Assembly: GCA_049322255.1 (NCBI GenBank)
Contig: JBMORE010000003.1
Location: 1 to 42,385 of the forward strand
Direction of reading: 5' to 3'
Source of the DNA: Myxococcota bacterium
GTDB lineage: Bacteria; Myxococcota; Myxococcia; Myxococcales; Myxococcaceae
Length of the DNA stretch: 42,385 nt
The position numbers and the translations under genes are program-made. Shown here one piece after another: positions 29,431 to 38,998 of the stretch (the first letter of the stretch is position 1; each line of letters begins with the position of its first letter). The notes under the pieces were generated by a model that saw only the letters and a list, made by a program, of their open reading frames with translations, was not told where the DNA came from and did not search any database.

Positions 29431-30231
29431 TTACCCGCCGTCCCAGCCGATGTTCATGGTCAGCGTGCCCAGCTGCACGCACCGGCCGTTGGGCACCGGC
29501 AGGTCGTTGTCGTAGTCCCACTCGACGAAGCGGAGGTTGGTTCCAGTGGCCTCGATGCGCCCCGATGCCGAGACGTCGGCGCGGGTCACGTTCACCGAGC
29601 CGCCCTGGACGAAGTAGGCCGCTTGGCAAGTCATCGTCCCGTCGTCGCAACCCTCGTCGAAGCCGACGCACACGTCACAGGTGTCGTATCGGGTGCTGGC
29701 ATTGAAGGTTCGGCTCAAAGGAAAGCTCAGGGTTTGACCGAGCGGCCAGACCTCCAGCCACAGCTGGCGGTAACCGGCCGTTGGATTCGTAGAGGGGTCG
29801 GGGTTCCACTGGAGGCCGCCGACGACGTCGAAGCCCGCATCGTCTGGCAGGTAACCGCCGCGCTCCGCGACTGCGACGAAGTTGGCGAGCACGAGGCAGC
29901 CGGCGTCGAAGGTGCCTCCATCGGCTCCACCATCGGTGCCCGCGTCCGTCCCTCCACCGCCTCCCCCTCCACTGCCGCCGCCTCCTCCCCCACCAGCGCT
30001 CGTGGTGCACACCTGTGTCGGCGCGCACACCAGTTGGGTCGAATTGCAGTCTTGGCAGGCGACTCCGCTTTTGCCGCAGGCGACATGGCTGCTCCCTGCC
30101 TGGCACACGCCATTCTCATCACAGCACCCGGTTGCGCAGGTGGTCGCATCGCACCGCTTGCCCACGCCGCCGCAACGAACGAAGGCGAGCACGGCCAGCC
30201 CGACGACCCCTAGCCACCACAGACGACGCAT
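29431..30231 (-). CDS. Cys-rich secreted/lipoprotein with poly-Gly linker and D(A/G)G motifs
   Basis: Signal MRRLWWLGVVGLAVLAFVRC, Cys-rich module (CDATTCATGCCDENGVC...CGKSGVACQDC...C...C), GGGGGGGSGGGGGGG linker, C-terminal beta domain with CxxC. AAGGAG SD. Confidence 0.85.
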   Translation of the reverse strand: MRRLWWLGVVGLAVLAFVRCGGVGKRCDATTCATGCCDENGVCQAGSSHVACGKSGVACQDCNSTQLVCAPTQVCTTSAGGGGGGGSGGGGGGGTDAGTDGGADGGTFDAGCLVLANFVAVAERGGYLPDDAGFDVVGGLQWNPDPSTNPTAGYRQLWLEVWPLGQTLSFPLSRTFNASTRYDTCDVCVGFDEGCDDGTMTCQAAYFVQGGSVNVTRADVSASGRIEATGTNLRFVEWDYDNDLPVPNGRCVQLGTLTMNIGWDGG

Positions 30232-30300
30232 CGACGACTCCTTGGTCCGCTTCAGCGAAAGGCTGACTACTCGACTTGGCGCATCACCGGCAACCGCCCG

Positions 30301-31668
30301 TCAGCCCGAACGCGCCGGCGCGGCGAGACGGACGTGCGCCAACGACTCCAACGCGCGCCGATCGATTTTTCCGGAGGCGTTGCGCGGCAACACCTCGACT
30401 TGCTCGAAGCGTCGAGGCACTTTGAAGCCCGCCAGCCTGGCGCGGCAATGCCTCTCGAGCGCCGCCGAGTCGATCGCTCCCCGGGCGACGAGGAAGGCCC
30501 AGGGCGTCTGTCCCCAACGCGCGTCCGCGGCGCCCACCACCGCCACCTCGGTCACTCCAGGGTGGGTCGAGAGCACCGCCTCTATCTCCGCCGGGTAGAC
30601 GTTCTCCCCGCCACTGAGAATGAGGTCGGTTCTCCGCGCGAGCACCGTCAGCCGCCCGCGCTCATCCAGGCTCCCTAAGTCTCCGGTGCGAAACCAGGCG
30701 CCGCCGAGGGGCGCCTCGCCCAGGTAACCTTGCATCACCGTCGGCCCGCGAACCTCGATCTCCCCCTCGCTCGTCACCCTCACCTCGGTTCCCGGAAGCG
30801 GCGGGCCGCACGTCGTTCCGTCTGCCTCGGCGGGCCGCTCGGTGGCGACCTGAGAGGAGGCCTCGGTCAGTCCATAGGTGTGAAGCGCCGGCGCTCCCAG
30901 CTCCCGGGCCTGGGAGAGCAGCTCGACCGACACCGGGCCGCCGCCGACGAGCACTACCCGAAGACTGGAGGGGAAGCGTCTGGGCCCGCGCGCCTCGAGG
31001 AGGGCGGCGAGCGTGGTGCCGACCAGGCTGACGTGCGAGACGTCGCCGCCGTCGATCGCCGCGTTCACCCGCTCCGGGTCGAAGCCGTCGTGGAGCACCA
31101 CCGAACCGCCCTCCAGCTCGGCACGCACGAGCATGGCCAGGCCGCCGATGTGGAAGAGGGGAAGGCACGCCAACCACCGCGCAGGGGGTGAGGGGCCGAG
31201 GTGCTGCGCAGAAGCCCGGGCGCTGGCCAGAAGATTCGCCGACGTCAACACGGCCGCCTTCGGCGTGCCGCTGGTTCCAGAGGTGAAGAGGATGGCGCGA
31301 GCCCGTGAAGGCTCTGCCGGCGTCACCCCAGCGTGGGGCGCAGCGCCGTCGGCGAAGCCCTCGAGCACTTCGACGCCGGCGAGGCGGCCCGCCAGCTGCT
31401 TGTCGGCGAAAAGAAGCCGCGGCCGAAGCCGCTCCACCATCGGTGCGAGCTCCACCGCTGTCAGCCGTGTGTTCAGCGGCGCCAGCGCCGCTCCCAGCTG
31501 CCCCACGGCGTGAAAGAGAAAAACCACCTCGGCACGGTTGCGCGAGAGCACCGCCACGACATCGCCCGGCCCCACCCCACGCGCGGCGAGCGCTCCCGTC
31601 CAGCGTAGAATCCCCTCTCCCATTGGGAGAGGGTTAGGGTGAGGGGCGTCAATTCGCAGAGCGCTCAC
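30301..31668 (-). CDS. menE: o-succinylbenzoate-CoA ligase
   Basis: ANL motifs FTSGTSGTPK, LPLFHIGG, YGLTE, RTGDLG, SGGENVYP, LPRNASGK; men operon context. Start uncertain (GTG 31668 or ATG 31623) and N-terminus derived from a repeat. Confidence 0.88.
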   Translation of the reverse strand: MSALRIDAPHPNPLPMGEGILRWTGALAARGVGPGDVVAVLSRNRAEVVFLFHAVGQLGAALAPLNTRLTAVELAPMVERLRPRLLFADKQLAGRLAGVEVLEGFADGAAPHAGVTPAEPSRARAILFTSGTSGTPKAAVLTSANLLASARASAQHLGPSPPARWLACLPLFHIGGLAMLVRAELEGGSVVLHDGFDPERVNAAIDGGDVSHVSLVGTTLAALLEARGPRRFPSSLRVVLVGGGPVSVELLSQARELGAPALHTYGLTEASSQVATERPAEADGTTCGPPLPGTEVRVTSEGEIEVRGPTVMQGYLGEAPLGGAWFRTGDLGSLDERGRLTVLARRTDLILSGGENVYPAEIEAVLSTHPGVTEVAVVGAADARWGQTPWAFLVARGAIDSAALERHCRARLAGFKVPRRFEQVEVLPRNASGKIDRRALESLAHVRLAAPARSG

Positions 31669-31701
31669 CCCTCACCCCTACCCTCTCCCACAGGGAGAGG
31701 G
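31613..31701. repeat. Inverted pair of 33-bp REP-like repeats (copies 2 and 3) at the menC/menE junction
   Basis: 31613-31645 (minus: CCCTCACCCTAACCCTCTCCCAATGGGAGAGGG) and 31669-31701 (plus: CCCTCACCCCTACCCTCTCCCACAGGGAGAGGG), 23 nt apart. Confidence 0.88.
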
Positions 31702-32743
31702 AGGCATGTGCGGCGACGACGGCGGGCGACTCGTCGGCGCCCTCGGCGAAGAGCGCTCCGGTGGCCAGCCCGCTCGCCCACTCGCTCTGAGGAATCGCGG
31801 CCGCCAGATGCGCGGCGCCTTTACGCGCCACCCACCCATCCATGGTCGTGGTCACGTACGCGCCCACACCGTGCTCCTTCCCTTTGCGCGCCAGCTTCAG
31901 CGCCGGGAGCAAGCCCCCCAGCACCATCGGCTTGAGCACGAGCACGTCGGCCGCCGGCCCGCGGTCGGGATCGAGGACGTCGGTGCGCGACTCTTCCTGT
32001 GCGAGTGCCTCATCGGCGGCAATCGGGCAGTCGACGAGCTGGCGCACGCGGCGCAACGCCGCTGGGTCGTGGGCGGCCACCGGCTGCTCACACAGCTCGA
32101 GCGCCAGCGGAGAAAGCCCGCGCAAGGCCGTGCGCGCCTGCCCCTCCGACCAAGCGCCGTTCGCATCGATGCGAATGCGCACCTTGGGACCCACGCGGGC
32201 ACGCAGGGCACGCAGGCGCGCCGCATCCTCGCAAAGGTCGCTTCCCACCTTCACCTTCAGCACATCGAACCCGCGTAAGAGCGCCTGGGCGCCTTGCTCG
32301 GCCAGCGCCGTCGGCTCGTGCGCATCGAGCAGCATGTTCACCCACACCGAAGAGCGTGCGGTGCCGTTCGCCAGTACCCGGGCGATGGGCTCGCCGCGCG
32401 ATTGCGCCAAAAGGTCGAGCAGCGCCAGCTCCACGCCGTGACGAGCGGCCGGAGCGCCTTCGAACACCTCCGCCGACATCAAAGCGTCGATCTCCTCGAG
32501 TGAACACGGCACCGCGACACCCGCGAGCAACGTCGCCACTTTCGACAACACTTCGGTCGTGGCTCTCAGGCTCTCGGTGCCCAGCTCGACGAGCGGGCTC
32601 GCCTCGCCTTGTCCGCGCCGGCCCTCTTCGGAGACGAGGGTGACCACGACCCCCTCGCGCCTCTCACAGGCCGCACGGCCGATGCGCACCGGTCGCCGAA
32701 AAGGTTTTTGAAAGGGACGGCAGAGGAAGTCCACGATCTTCAT
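31649..32743 (-). CDS. menC: o-succinylbenzoate synthase
   Basis: Enolase-superfamily motifs GEASPL, LKVKVG, RIDANGAW, EQP, AADE, VLKPMVLGG. Start at ATG 32743 overlapping the menA stop. Confidence 0.9.
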   Translation of the reverse strand: MKIVDFLCRPFQKPFRRPVRIGRAACERREGVVVTLVSEEGRRGQGEASPLVELGTESLRATTEVLSKVATLLAGVAVPCSLEEIDALMSAEVFEGAPAARHGVELALLDLLAQSRGEPIARVLANGTARSSVWVNMLLDAHEPTALAEQGAQALLRGFDVLKVKVGSDLCEDAARLRALRARVGPKVRIRIDANGAWSEGQARTALRGLSPLALELCEQPVAAHDPAALRRVRQLVDCPIAADEALAQEESRTDVLDPDRGPAADVLVLKPMVLGGLLPALKLARKGKEHGVGAYVTTTMDGWVARKGAAHLAAAIPQSEWASGLATGALFAEGADESPAVVAAHASLSLWERVGVRGERSAN

Positions 32744-33618
32744 CTTGCACCTCCCAGCCACAGTCCGACGGCGAAGAGCAAACCGAAAACGAGCCCCAAC
32801 CGCGCCGTGTCTCGCAGTGCTTCGTTCAGGGCGGCGCCCTCGCGGGTCAGTACACAGCGCAAAGGGCGAAACACCAGCGGCAGGCAGGTCAGCGGCAACA
32901 ACACCCAAGGGCGAGCCACCCCCAGCGCCCACATCGCCACCGGAGTCGCGAAGGCCGCCACCAGCAAGAACACATACTCGCTGCGAGCGGCGGGAACGCC
33001 CAAGAGCACCACCAGCGTCCGCTTCCCCGCGCGCGCGTCGGTGCGCACGTCACGCAGGTTGTTCACCACCAAGAGCACCGTCCCCAGCGCACCCACGGGC
33101 ATGGCGGCGAACCACACTGCGGGATGCAGCGCGAGCGCCTGCACGTAGTAACTGCCCGCCACCGCGACCACTCCGAAGAAGATGAAGACGAAGAGGTCTC
33201 CCAGGCCGTGGTAGCCGAGCGGGAAGGGACCGCCGGTGTAAGCATACCCCGCGAGGATCGACACCAAGCCCACCACCACGATTGGCCAGCCGGCGACGAT
33301 GACCAGGTAGACGCCCACGAGCGTGGCGGCGGCGAAGGCTCCCAGCGCCGCGGCGAGCACCCGGGGCGGAGCCAAAAGGCCCTGCTGAGTAACCCGCGGA
33401 GGCCCGAGCCGCTCGCCGGTGTCCGCGCCGCGCACGAAGTCGTAGTAGTCATTGGCGAGGTTGGTGCCGACCTGAATGAGGAGCGCCCCGGCGAGCGCGG
33501 CGAGCGCGGCCAACGGACGCCCCACGCCCTGCGCGAAGGCGAGCGAGCTGCCCACCGCCACCGGCACCACTCCCGCCGAGAGGGTGCGCGGGCGAATCGC
33601 CATCACCCAGGCGCTCAC
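32740..33618 (-). CDS. menA: 1,4-dihydroxy-2-naphthoate polyprenyltransferase
   Basis: [51 protein letters not shown] start overlaps the menB stop. Confidence 0.95.
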   Translation of the reverse strand: MSAWVMAIRPRTLSAGVVPVAVGSSLAFAQGVGRPLAALAALAGALLIQVGTNLANDYYDFVRGADTGERLGPPRVTQQGLLAPPRVLAAALGAFAAATLVGVYLVIVAGWPIVVVGLVSILAGYAYTGGPFPLGYHGLGDLFVFIFFGVVAVAGSYYVQALALHPAVWFAAMPVGALGTVLLVVNNLRDVRTDARAGKRTLVVLLGVPAARSEYVFLLVAAFATPVAMWALGVARPWVLLPLTCLPLVFRPLRCVLTREGAALNEALRDTARLGLVFGLLFAVGLWLGGAR

Positions 33619-34433
33619 GGCCGCCTCGGGAACTTCTTGAAGTCGGGGTGCCGGCGCGCAAGGAAGGCCGTCTTCCCCTCCTGCGCCTCCTCGGTCATGT
33701 AGTAGAGCAAGGTCGCGTTGCCCGCGAGCTCCTGCACCCCCGCCTGACCATCGAGCGCAGCGTTGAAGGAGGACTTGAGCAGCCGCAGCGCCAGCGGGCT
33801 CATCGCCAACATCTCCTGGCACCACTTGACTGTCTCCGCCTCCAGCTCGGCCAGCGGCACCACGGTGTTGACCAGCCCCATCTCCAGCGCGGCCTTCGCG
33901 TCGTACTGCCGGCAGAGGAACCAAATCTCGCGCGCCTTCTTCTGTCCGACGACCGAGGCGAGGTAGGAAGCGCCGAAGCCGCCGTCGAAGCTGCCCACCC
34001 GCGGCCCCGTCTGACCGAAGCGCGCGTTGTCAGCGGCGATGGTGAGATCGCACACCAGGTGCAGCACATGGCCGCCGCCGATGGCGTAGCCCGCCACCAT
34101 CGCCACCACCGGCTTGGGCAACGAGCGAATCTCCTTCTGCAAGTCGAGCACGTTGAGGCGGGGTACGCCGTCGGCGCCCACGTAGCCTTCCTTGCCGCGA
34201 ATGCGCTGGTCGCCGCCGGAGCAGAACGCATGGTCTCCCTCTCCGGTGAGAATGACGACGCCGATCTCCGGGTCTTCCCGCGCGGCCTCGAGTGCCGCCG
34301 AGAGCTCGAACAGCGTCTGCGGGCGGAAGGCATTGCGCACCTCCGGCCGGTTGATGGTGAGCTTGGCGATGCCGTTCCAGGTCTCGTGGCGAATGTCCTC
34401 GTACTGCTTCACCGACTTCCATTCGGGCTTCAT
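33615..34433 (-). CDS. menB: 1,4-dihydroxy-2-naphthoyl-CoA synthase
   Basis: [47 protein letters not shown]. Start at ATG 34433. Confidence 0.97.
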   Translation of the reverse strand: MKPEWKSVKQYEDIRHETWNGIAKLTINRPEVRNAFRPQTLFELSAALEAAREDPEIGVVILTGEGDHAFCSGGDQRIRGKEGYVGADGVPRLNVLDLQKEIRSLPKPVVAMVAGYAIGGGHVLHLVCDLTIAADNARFGQTGPRVGSFDGGFGASYLASVVGQKKAREIWFLCRQYDAKAALEMGLVNTVVPLAELEAETVKWCQEMLAMSPLALRLLKSSFNAALDGQAGVQELAGNATLLYYMTEEAQEGKTAFLARRHPDFKKFPRRP

Positions 34434-35203
34434 GCGTATGCCTCCGCTTCGTCGAACCAGCCAATCTCCAAGAAGGCGCGCAGCTCGCGTACGTAGGCCG
34501 CCGGGACTTCCAAATGGGGCGTGTGGTGCGCCGGAAGCGTGCAGTGCCACGCCATGGGGAGCTCCGCCGCCATGCGGGCCGCCAGCCGAGTGAACTTGTG
34601 GTCACGCTCGCCGGTGAGGAGCAGCGTCGGCACGCGCAGGCTGGGCAGCTTTGGCCAATAGTTGGGCTGCGAGCCCAGGCCGAGCTGACGCAAAGACGCA
34701 GTGAGCTCACTGATGCTGCAGCTCAAGCGTCGGGCGCGCAGGGAAGCCTCGACCGCCTGCGGCAAGGGACCGAACAACGGGAGGCTCTGCCAGTAGTCGA
34801 CGAACCACTCCACCCCGTGCGCTTCGATCTGACCGGCGAGCAGCTCGTCTTGCACCCGACGCGCCGCGCGCTCCCGGCGGCGGCGAAGGCCGGGCGAACC
34901 ACTCTCGAGCACCAACCGCCGCACCCCTCTTCGCTGGCGAAGCGCCAACCCGAGCGCCACGCGTGCTCCCTGCGAGTAACCCACGACGTCGATCGGCTCC
35001 GGCACGTGGCCCACCCACCGGGCGAGCTGCTCGATGGTCTCGGGGAAGCTCTCCGGAGCGCGCAGGTCGGCGACGAGCACCCGGTAACCCCAGGAGAGGA
35101 AGTCCTCCCGCAGGTGGTCCCACGACCTCGGGCTGCCGGTGAAGCCGTGCAAAAGGAGCAAGAGCCGCGGCCCGTTCCCCCACTCTTCGAAGGTCAGCGC
35201 CAT
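34430..35203 (-). CDS. menH: SHCHC synthase (alpha/beta hydrolase)
   Basis: [42 protein letters not shown]; lies between menD and menB. Confidence 0.9.
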   Translation of the reverse strand: MALTFEEWGNGPRLLLLLHGFTGSPRSWDHLREDFLSWGYRVLVADLRAPESFPETIEQLARWVGHVPEPIDVVGYSQGARVALGLALRQRRGVRRLVLESGSPGLRRRRERAARRVQDELLAGQIEAHGVEWFVDYWQSLPLFGPLPQAVEASLRARRLSCSISELTASLRQLGLGSQPNYWPKLPSLRVPTLLLTGERDHKFTRLAARMAAELPMAWHCTLPAHHTPHLEVPAAYVRELRAFLEIGWFDEAEAYA

Positions 35204-36867
35204 GACGCTGCCTCCAGCGCGCGTCCGACTTCCTCGAAGAGCGCCCGGTGATGCTCGACGTTTTCGGCGCGCCTCGTCCGCACCTCGATGAGGTGCAGCC
35301 CGCCCTCGAGCGACTGGAGAAGCTCGCGGCGCAGCTCGCTGGCGCTGACGGGACGAGCGAAGCGGGCACCGGCGAGCGCGGCGATGTGCGCCAAGTCGAC
35401 TCCGTGCGGTGTTCCGAAGAGCTCCTCGAAATGCTCGGGGAAACCGGCGATGGGCAAAAAGCTGAAGATGCCTCCGCCGTCATTGTTCACCACGACCAGC
35501 GTGAGCGACAGCCGGTGGCGGCGCGCCACGATTAGACCACCCAGATCGTGTAGGAGCGCCAGGTCGCCGGTGAAGAGCGCGGTGGGGCCTTCGCCGGCGG
35601 CCGCCACGCCAAGAGCAGAGGAGACGATGCCGTCGATGCCGTTGGCTCCGCGGTTGGCGAAGACCCGCAACCGCCCGTTCGCCGACGGTGCGAACGCGTC
35701 GAGGTCTCGAATGGGCATGCTGCTGGAGACGAACAGCTTCGCCTCGGGAGGCAGCGCGCGCACCAGCTCGTGGGCGATGCGCGGCTCGGTGAGCTGGTCG
35801 TCGCGGGCAAATGCAGCCTCGAGGGCGCCGCGGGCGATTTGCTCCCCTCGAGCGAAGCGTTCCCCCCCCGCCTTGCGTCGGTGAACGAGCCCCGCCAGCG
35901 TTTCACACGAGGCGGCCGCGTCGCCGACCACGATCTCGGCCGCCGCGTGATGCGGGTCGACGAGCGCGCCCTCGTCACTGAAGACGGCGGTGTGTGCGCC
36001 CGACCCGTCGAGCCAGCGCTGGAGCGTCTTCGAGGTCAGCCCGCCCCCGAACCGGAGCACGACCTGAGGACGATTCTCCTCCGCAAAGCCGCGGTGCCGA
36101 AGCAAACCCTCGTAGGAGGCGACCACCTCGGCGCCGTAGCGGACCTGCGAGGTCGCTTCGGCGAGCACCGGGTAACCCAGCGCCGCACCCAGCTTGATCA
36201 CCGCCGCGGCAAAGCCGTCCTCCCGCTCGCGCGGGCCGCACACGATGACCCCCCGTTCACTCCGGGAGACGACGGAAGCCACACGGCGCAGCGCAGCGTC
36301 GTCCGGGAAGAGCCTCGGCGAGGACACGACGAACGTCCGTGTGGGCAGGGGCGCCGTCTCACCCGTTGGCTCCAACGGCTCACGGAAAGCGACGTTGAGG
36401 TGCGCCACGCCTCGTGGGGCACCGGTGGCCTTCGACACCGCGCACGCCGCCAGCGCCCGGAGGTGCTCCACCGGGCTTTGGGCGGGAACGTCGCAGAAGA
36501 AGCGCGGGTAGCGCCCGAAGAGCCCATGCTGATCGATGGTCTGCGGGGCGCCGAAGCCGTGCAGCTCCCATGGCCGGTCGGCGGTGAGCACGACGAGCGG
36601 CACATGCCCCATGGAGGCTTCGATCACCGCGGGAAAAAAATTCGCCCCCGCCGTGCCCGAGGTACAAACCAGGAGCGACGGCCGCCCGGAGGCCTTGGCC
36701 AACCCCAGGGCAAAATATGCCGCGCTCCGCTCGTCGACGACGGACCAGGTCCGCAGTGCTTGGTTCCCCGCGCACGCGAGCGCCAGCGGCGTGGAGCGAG
36801 ATCCCGGGCACACCACCGCGTGCCGGGCCCCGGCAGCGACGAGCGCGCTGACAAGAGCCTCGCTCAC
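35194..36867 (-). CDS. menD: SEPHCHC synthase (ThDP-dependent)
   Basis: CPGSRSTPL, DERSAAYFALG, CTSGTA, TADRP, SSMPIRD, NRGANGIDG, GDLALLHD, NNDGGGIF. GTG start overlaps the menF stop. Confidence 0.96.
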   Translation of the reverse strand: MSEALVSALVAAGARHAVVCPGSRSTPLALACAGNQALRTWSVVDERSAAYFALGLAKASGRPSLLVCTSGTAGANFFPAVIEASMGHVPLVVLTADRPWELHGFGAPQTIDQHGLFGRYPRFFCDVPAQSPVEHLRALAACAVSKATGAPRGVAHLNVAFREPLEPTGETAPLPTRTFVVSSPRLFPDDAALRRVASVVSRSERGVIVCGPREREDGFAAAVIKLGAALGYPVLAEATSQVRYGAEVVASYEGLLRHRGFAEENRPQVVLRFGGGLTSKTLQRWLDGSGAHTAVFSDEGALVDPHHAAAEIVVGDAAASCETLAGLVHRRKAGGERFARGEQIARGALEAAFARDDQLTEPRIAHELVRALPPEAKLFVSSSMPIRDLDAFAPSANGRLRVFANRGANGIDGIVSSALGVAAAGEGPTALFTGDLALLHDLGGLIVARRHRLSLTLVVVNNDGGGIFSFLPIAGFPEHFEELFGTPHGVDLAHIAALAGARFARPVSASELRRELLQSLEGGLHLIEVRTRRAENVEHHRALFEEVGRALEAASWR

Positions 36868-38066
36868 GCGCCACCTCCACTGGCCTCGAGCATCGGTAAG
36901 CTCTTCAGCTCTGTCTCCCGCCACTCGCCCTCGGGCGTCGAGCCTCGTACCACCCCAGCGCCGACGAACAGCCGCGCGCGACCCTCTTCCACCAACGCAC
37001 AGCGCAACGCCACCGCCAGCTCCGCGTGGCTTGCGCCCACCCAACCCACCGCGCCTCCGTACCAGCCCCGCACCAAACCTTCGTGCTCGGCCAGAAACGA
37101 AAGCGCCCGGTGACGCGGCCGCCCTCCCACGGCCGGCGTGGGATGCAAGACTTCCACCAGGTCCACCAGACCGATACCCTGACGGCGTCGAGCTCGAATC
37201 TCGGTGCGCAAGTGAACGACGTTGGCCAAAAAGACCAACTCGGGTGCGGCTGCGATCTCCAGCGCGTCGGTCAGCGGCGAAAGCGCCTCGCGAATGCCGT
37301 CGACGACCGCGCGGTGCTCACGCAGGTCCTTCTCCGAGGTTCGCAATCGCTCCGCATCTCGGGGAGACGCCGAGCCGGCGAGCGCCTCGGTGTGCACCGT
37401 GTCTTCCTCGAGCCGAAGGAGCGTTTCCGGAGTTGCACCCACGAAGGTCGCCGTACCGCTTCGAAAAGCGAAGGTACGGCACGTGGGGAAGCGAGCGGCG
37501 AGCGCGGCGACGATGGTGTCAGGGCCTCGAGAACAAGCCAGGTCGATCGCCCGGGCAAGCACCACCTTCTCGAAAGCTCCTTCACCGATCGCCGCCAACG
37601 CGGTGTCCACCATGCGGCCAAAACCGGCGCGATCCATGGGCGGACTGCTGGCTCCGCCATGGGGACGCACCGCAACGGGCGGCGCGCCTTGAAACTCGGT
37701 GCGAAACGTCCGCCCCGCACGGCTCCAGTAGAGCACCCGCGGCAGCACCCATCGCGCCGGAGGGAACCCTTCCCACGACGGGCGATACGGGTCGAACGCC
37801 ACGCCACCGAACCAGGGCCCCGGTGGTCGCTCCACCTCGCCCTCGAAGCGAAGACGAGCCGAGCCGGCCACGGCCCGCAAGACCTGGGGCACTTCTTGCG
37901 CCGTGTGCGCCTCGAGCAGCGCGGCGATGCCCTCTCCTGCCGCCGCCTCTTTGCCTTCTGGGTGCTCCCACCGGAACACCCACTCGCCAACGAGCGCGCG
38001 TGGCGGCGGGTTGCCCGGCACCGCGGTAGTCACAGCGACGACATCGCCCGTACCGTTCGCGCTCAT
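36864..38066 (-). CDS. menF: Isochorismate synthase
   Basis: EKVVLAR, FVGATPETL, EALAGS, KDLREH, LHPTPAVGG, RGWYGG, LRCA, GAGVV, ETELK. Confidence 0.92.
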   Translation of the reverse strand: MSANGTGDVVAVTTAVPGNPPPRALVGEWVFRWEHPEGKEAAAGEGIAALLEAHTAQEVPQVLRAVAGSARLRFEGEVERPPGPWFGGVAFDPYRPSWEGFPPARWVLPRVLYWSRAGRTFRTEFQGAPPVAVRPHGGASSPPMDRAGFGRMVDTALAAIGEGAFEKVVLARAIDLACSRGPDTIVAALAARFPTCRTFAFRSGTATFVGATPETLLRLEEDTVHTEALAGSASPRDAERLRTSEKDLREHRAVVDGIREALSPLTDALEIAAAPELVFLANVVHLRTEIRARRRQGIGLVDLVEVLHPTPAVGGRPRHRALSFLAEHEGLVRGWYGGAVGWVGASHAELAVALRCALVEEGRARLFVGAGVVRGSTPEGEWRETELKSLPMLEASGGGA

Positions 38067-38109
38067 TCCGGTTGTCTTTTAAGGCATCGCAGCTATACAT
38101 GCATCATCA

Positions 38110-38129
38110 AGTTCAAAACCGCTTGAACT
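38110..38129. promoter_or_regulatory. Inverted repeat in the AT-rich men/aro divergent spacer; candidate operator
   Basis: AGTTCAA-N6-TTGAACT, 2 nt before the DAHP synthase ATG. Confidence 0.45.
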
Positions 38130-38131
38130 CC

Positions 38132-38998
38132 ATGAATCTAGAGAGCCGCCAGCAGAAGACGCTGCGCCCTTCGGGTGGTGGGGCGACGCGGGTGCGGGTG
38201 GGGCCGGTGGAGCTGGGGGGGCGCGACTTCGTGGTGATGGCGGGCCCGTGCGCGGTGGAGTCGGCCGAGCAGACGGAAAGTACGGCGCGGGAGGTACGTG
38301 CCGCCGGGGCGCACGTGTTGCGCGGAGGGGTGTTCAAACCCCGCACCAGCCCTTACGCCTTCCAAGGCTTGGGCGAGCCGGGGCTGCACGTGCTACGCGA
38401 AGCGGGGCGGCGGCAAGGCATGCCCGTGGTGGCCGAGGTGATGGACGCGGCGCAGATTCCCCTGATGCTCGAGTACGCCGACGTTCTTCAAGTCGGTGCG
38501 CGGAACATGCAGAACTTCACCCTGTTGCGCGCGCTGTCCAAGGTGAGGGCGCCGGTGCTGCTCAAGCGTGGGCTTTGCGCCACCATGGACGAGTGGCTCT
38601 TCGCCGCCGAGTACTTGCTCGACGGGGGCAACTCTCGAGTCATTCTCTGCGAGCGGGGCATTCGTACCTTCGAGACCCGAACCCGCAACACGCTCGATCT
38701 CGCCGCGGTCGCGTGGGCCAAACGGCGCACCCACTTGCCGGTCATCGTCGACCCCTCGCATGCCACCGGCGATCGAGAGCTGGTGACGCCGATGTCCCTG
38801 GCGGCCGCAGCGGCGGGGGCCGACGGTTTGCTCGTCGAGGTGCACCCGCGCCCCGACTGTGCGCTCTGCGATGGTCCCCAGGCGCTCACGCCCGACATGT
38901 TCCGAGAGCTCATGGAGTCGATCGTCCCCGTCCTGCACGCCGTGGGCAGAACATTGCCCCGGGCAGCTCCTCCTGCTCGCGCCCTGGGTGCACCGTGA
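38132..38998 (+). CDS. aroF: 3-deoxy-7-phosphoheptulonate (DAHP) synthase, type I-beta, catalytic barrel only
   Basis: MAGPCAVES, RGGVFKPRTSPYAFQG, QVGARNMQN, LLKRG, CERGIRTF, DPSH, EVHP, CDG. Start ATG 38132 (alternative 38099). Confidence 0.93.
   Translation: MNLESRQQKTLRPSGGGATRVRVGPVELGGRDFVVMAGPCAVESAEQTESTAREVRAAGAHVLRGGVFKPRTSPYAFQGLGEPGLHVLREAGRRQGMPVVAEVMDAAQIPLMLEYADVLQVGARNMQNFTLLRALSKVRAPVLLKRGLCATMDEWLFAAEYLLDGGNSRVILCERGIRTFETRTRNTLDLAAVAWAKRRTHLPVIVDPSHATGDRELVTPMSLAAAAAGADGLLVEVHPRPDCALCDGPQALTPDMFRELMESIVPVLHAVGRTLPRAAPPARALGAP

Noticed and set aside
38248..38994. Long N-terminal extension of the MenG/UbiE ORF
   Set aside because: Out-of-frame overlap with the DAHP synthase; the real start is the coupled GTG at 38995.
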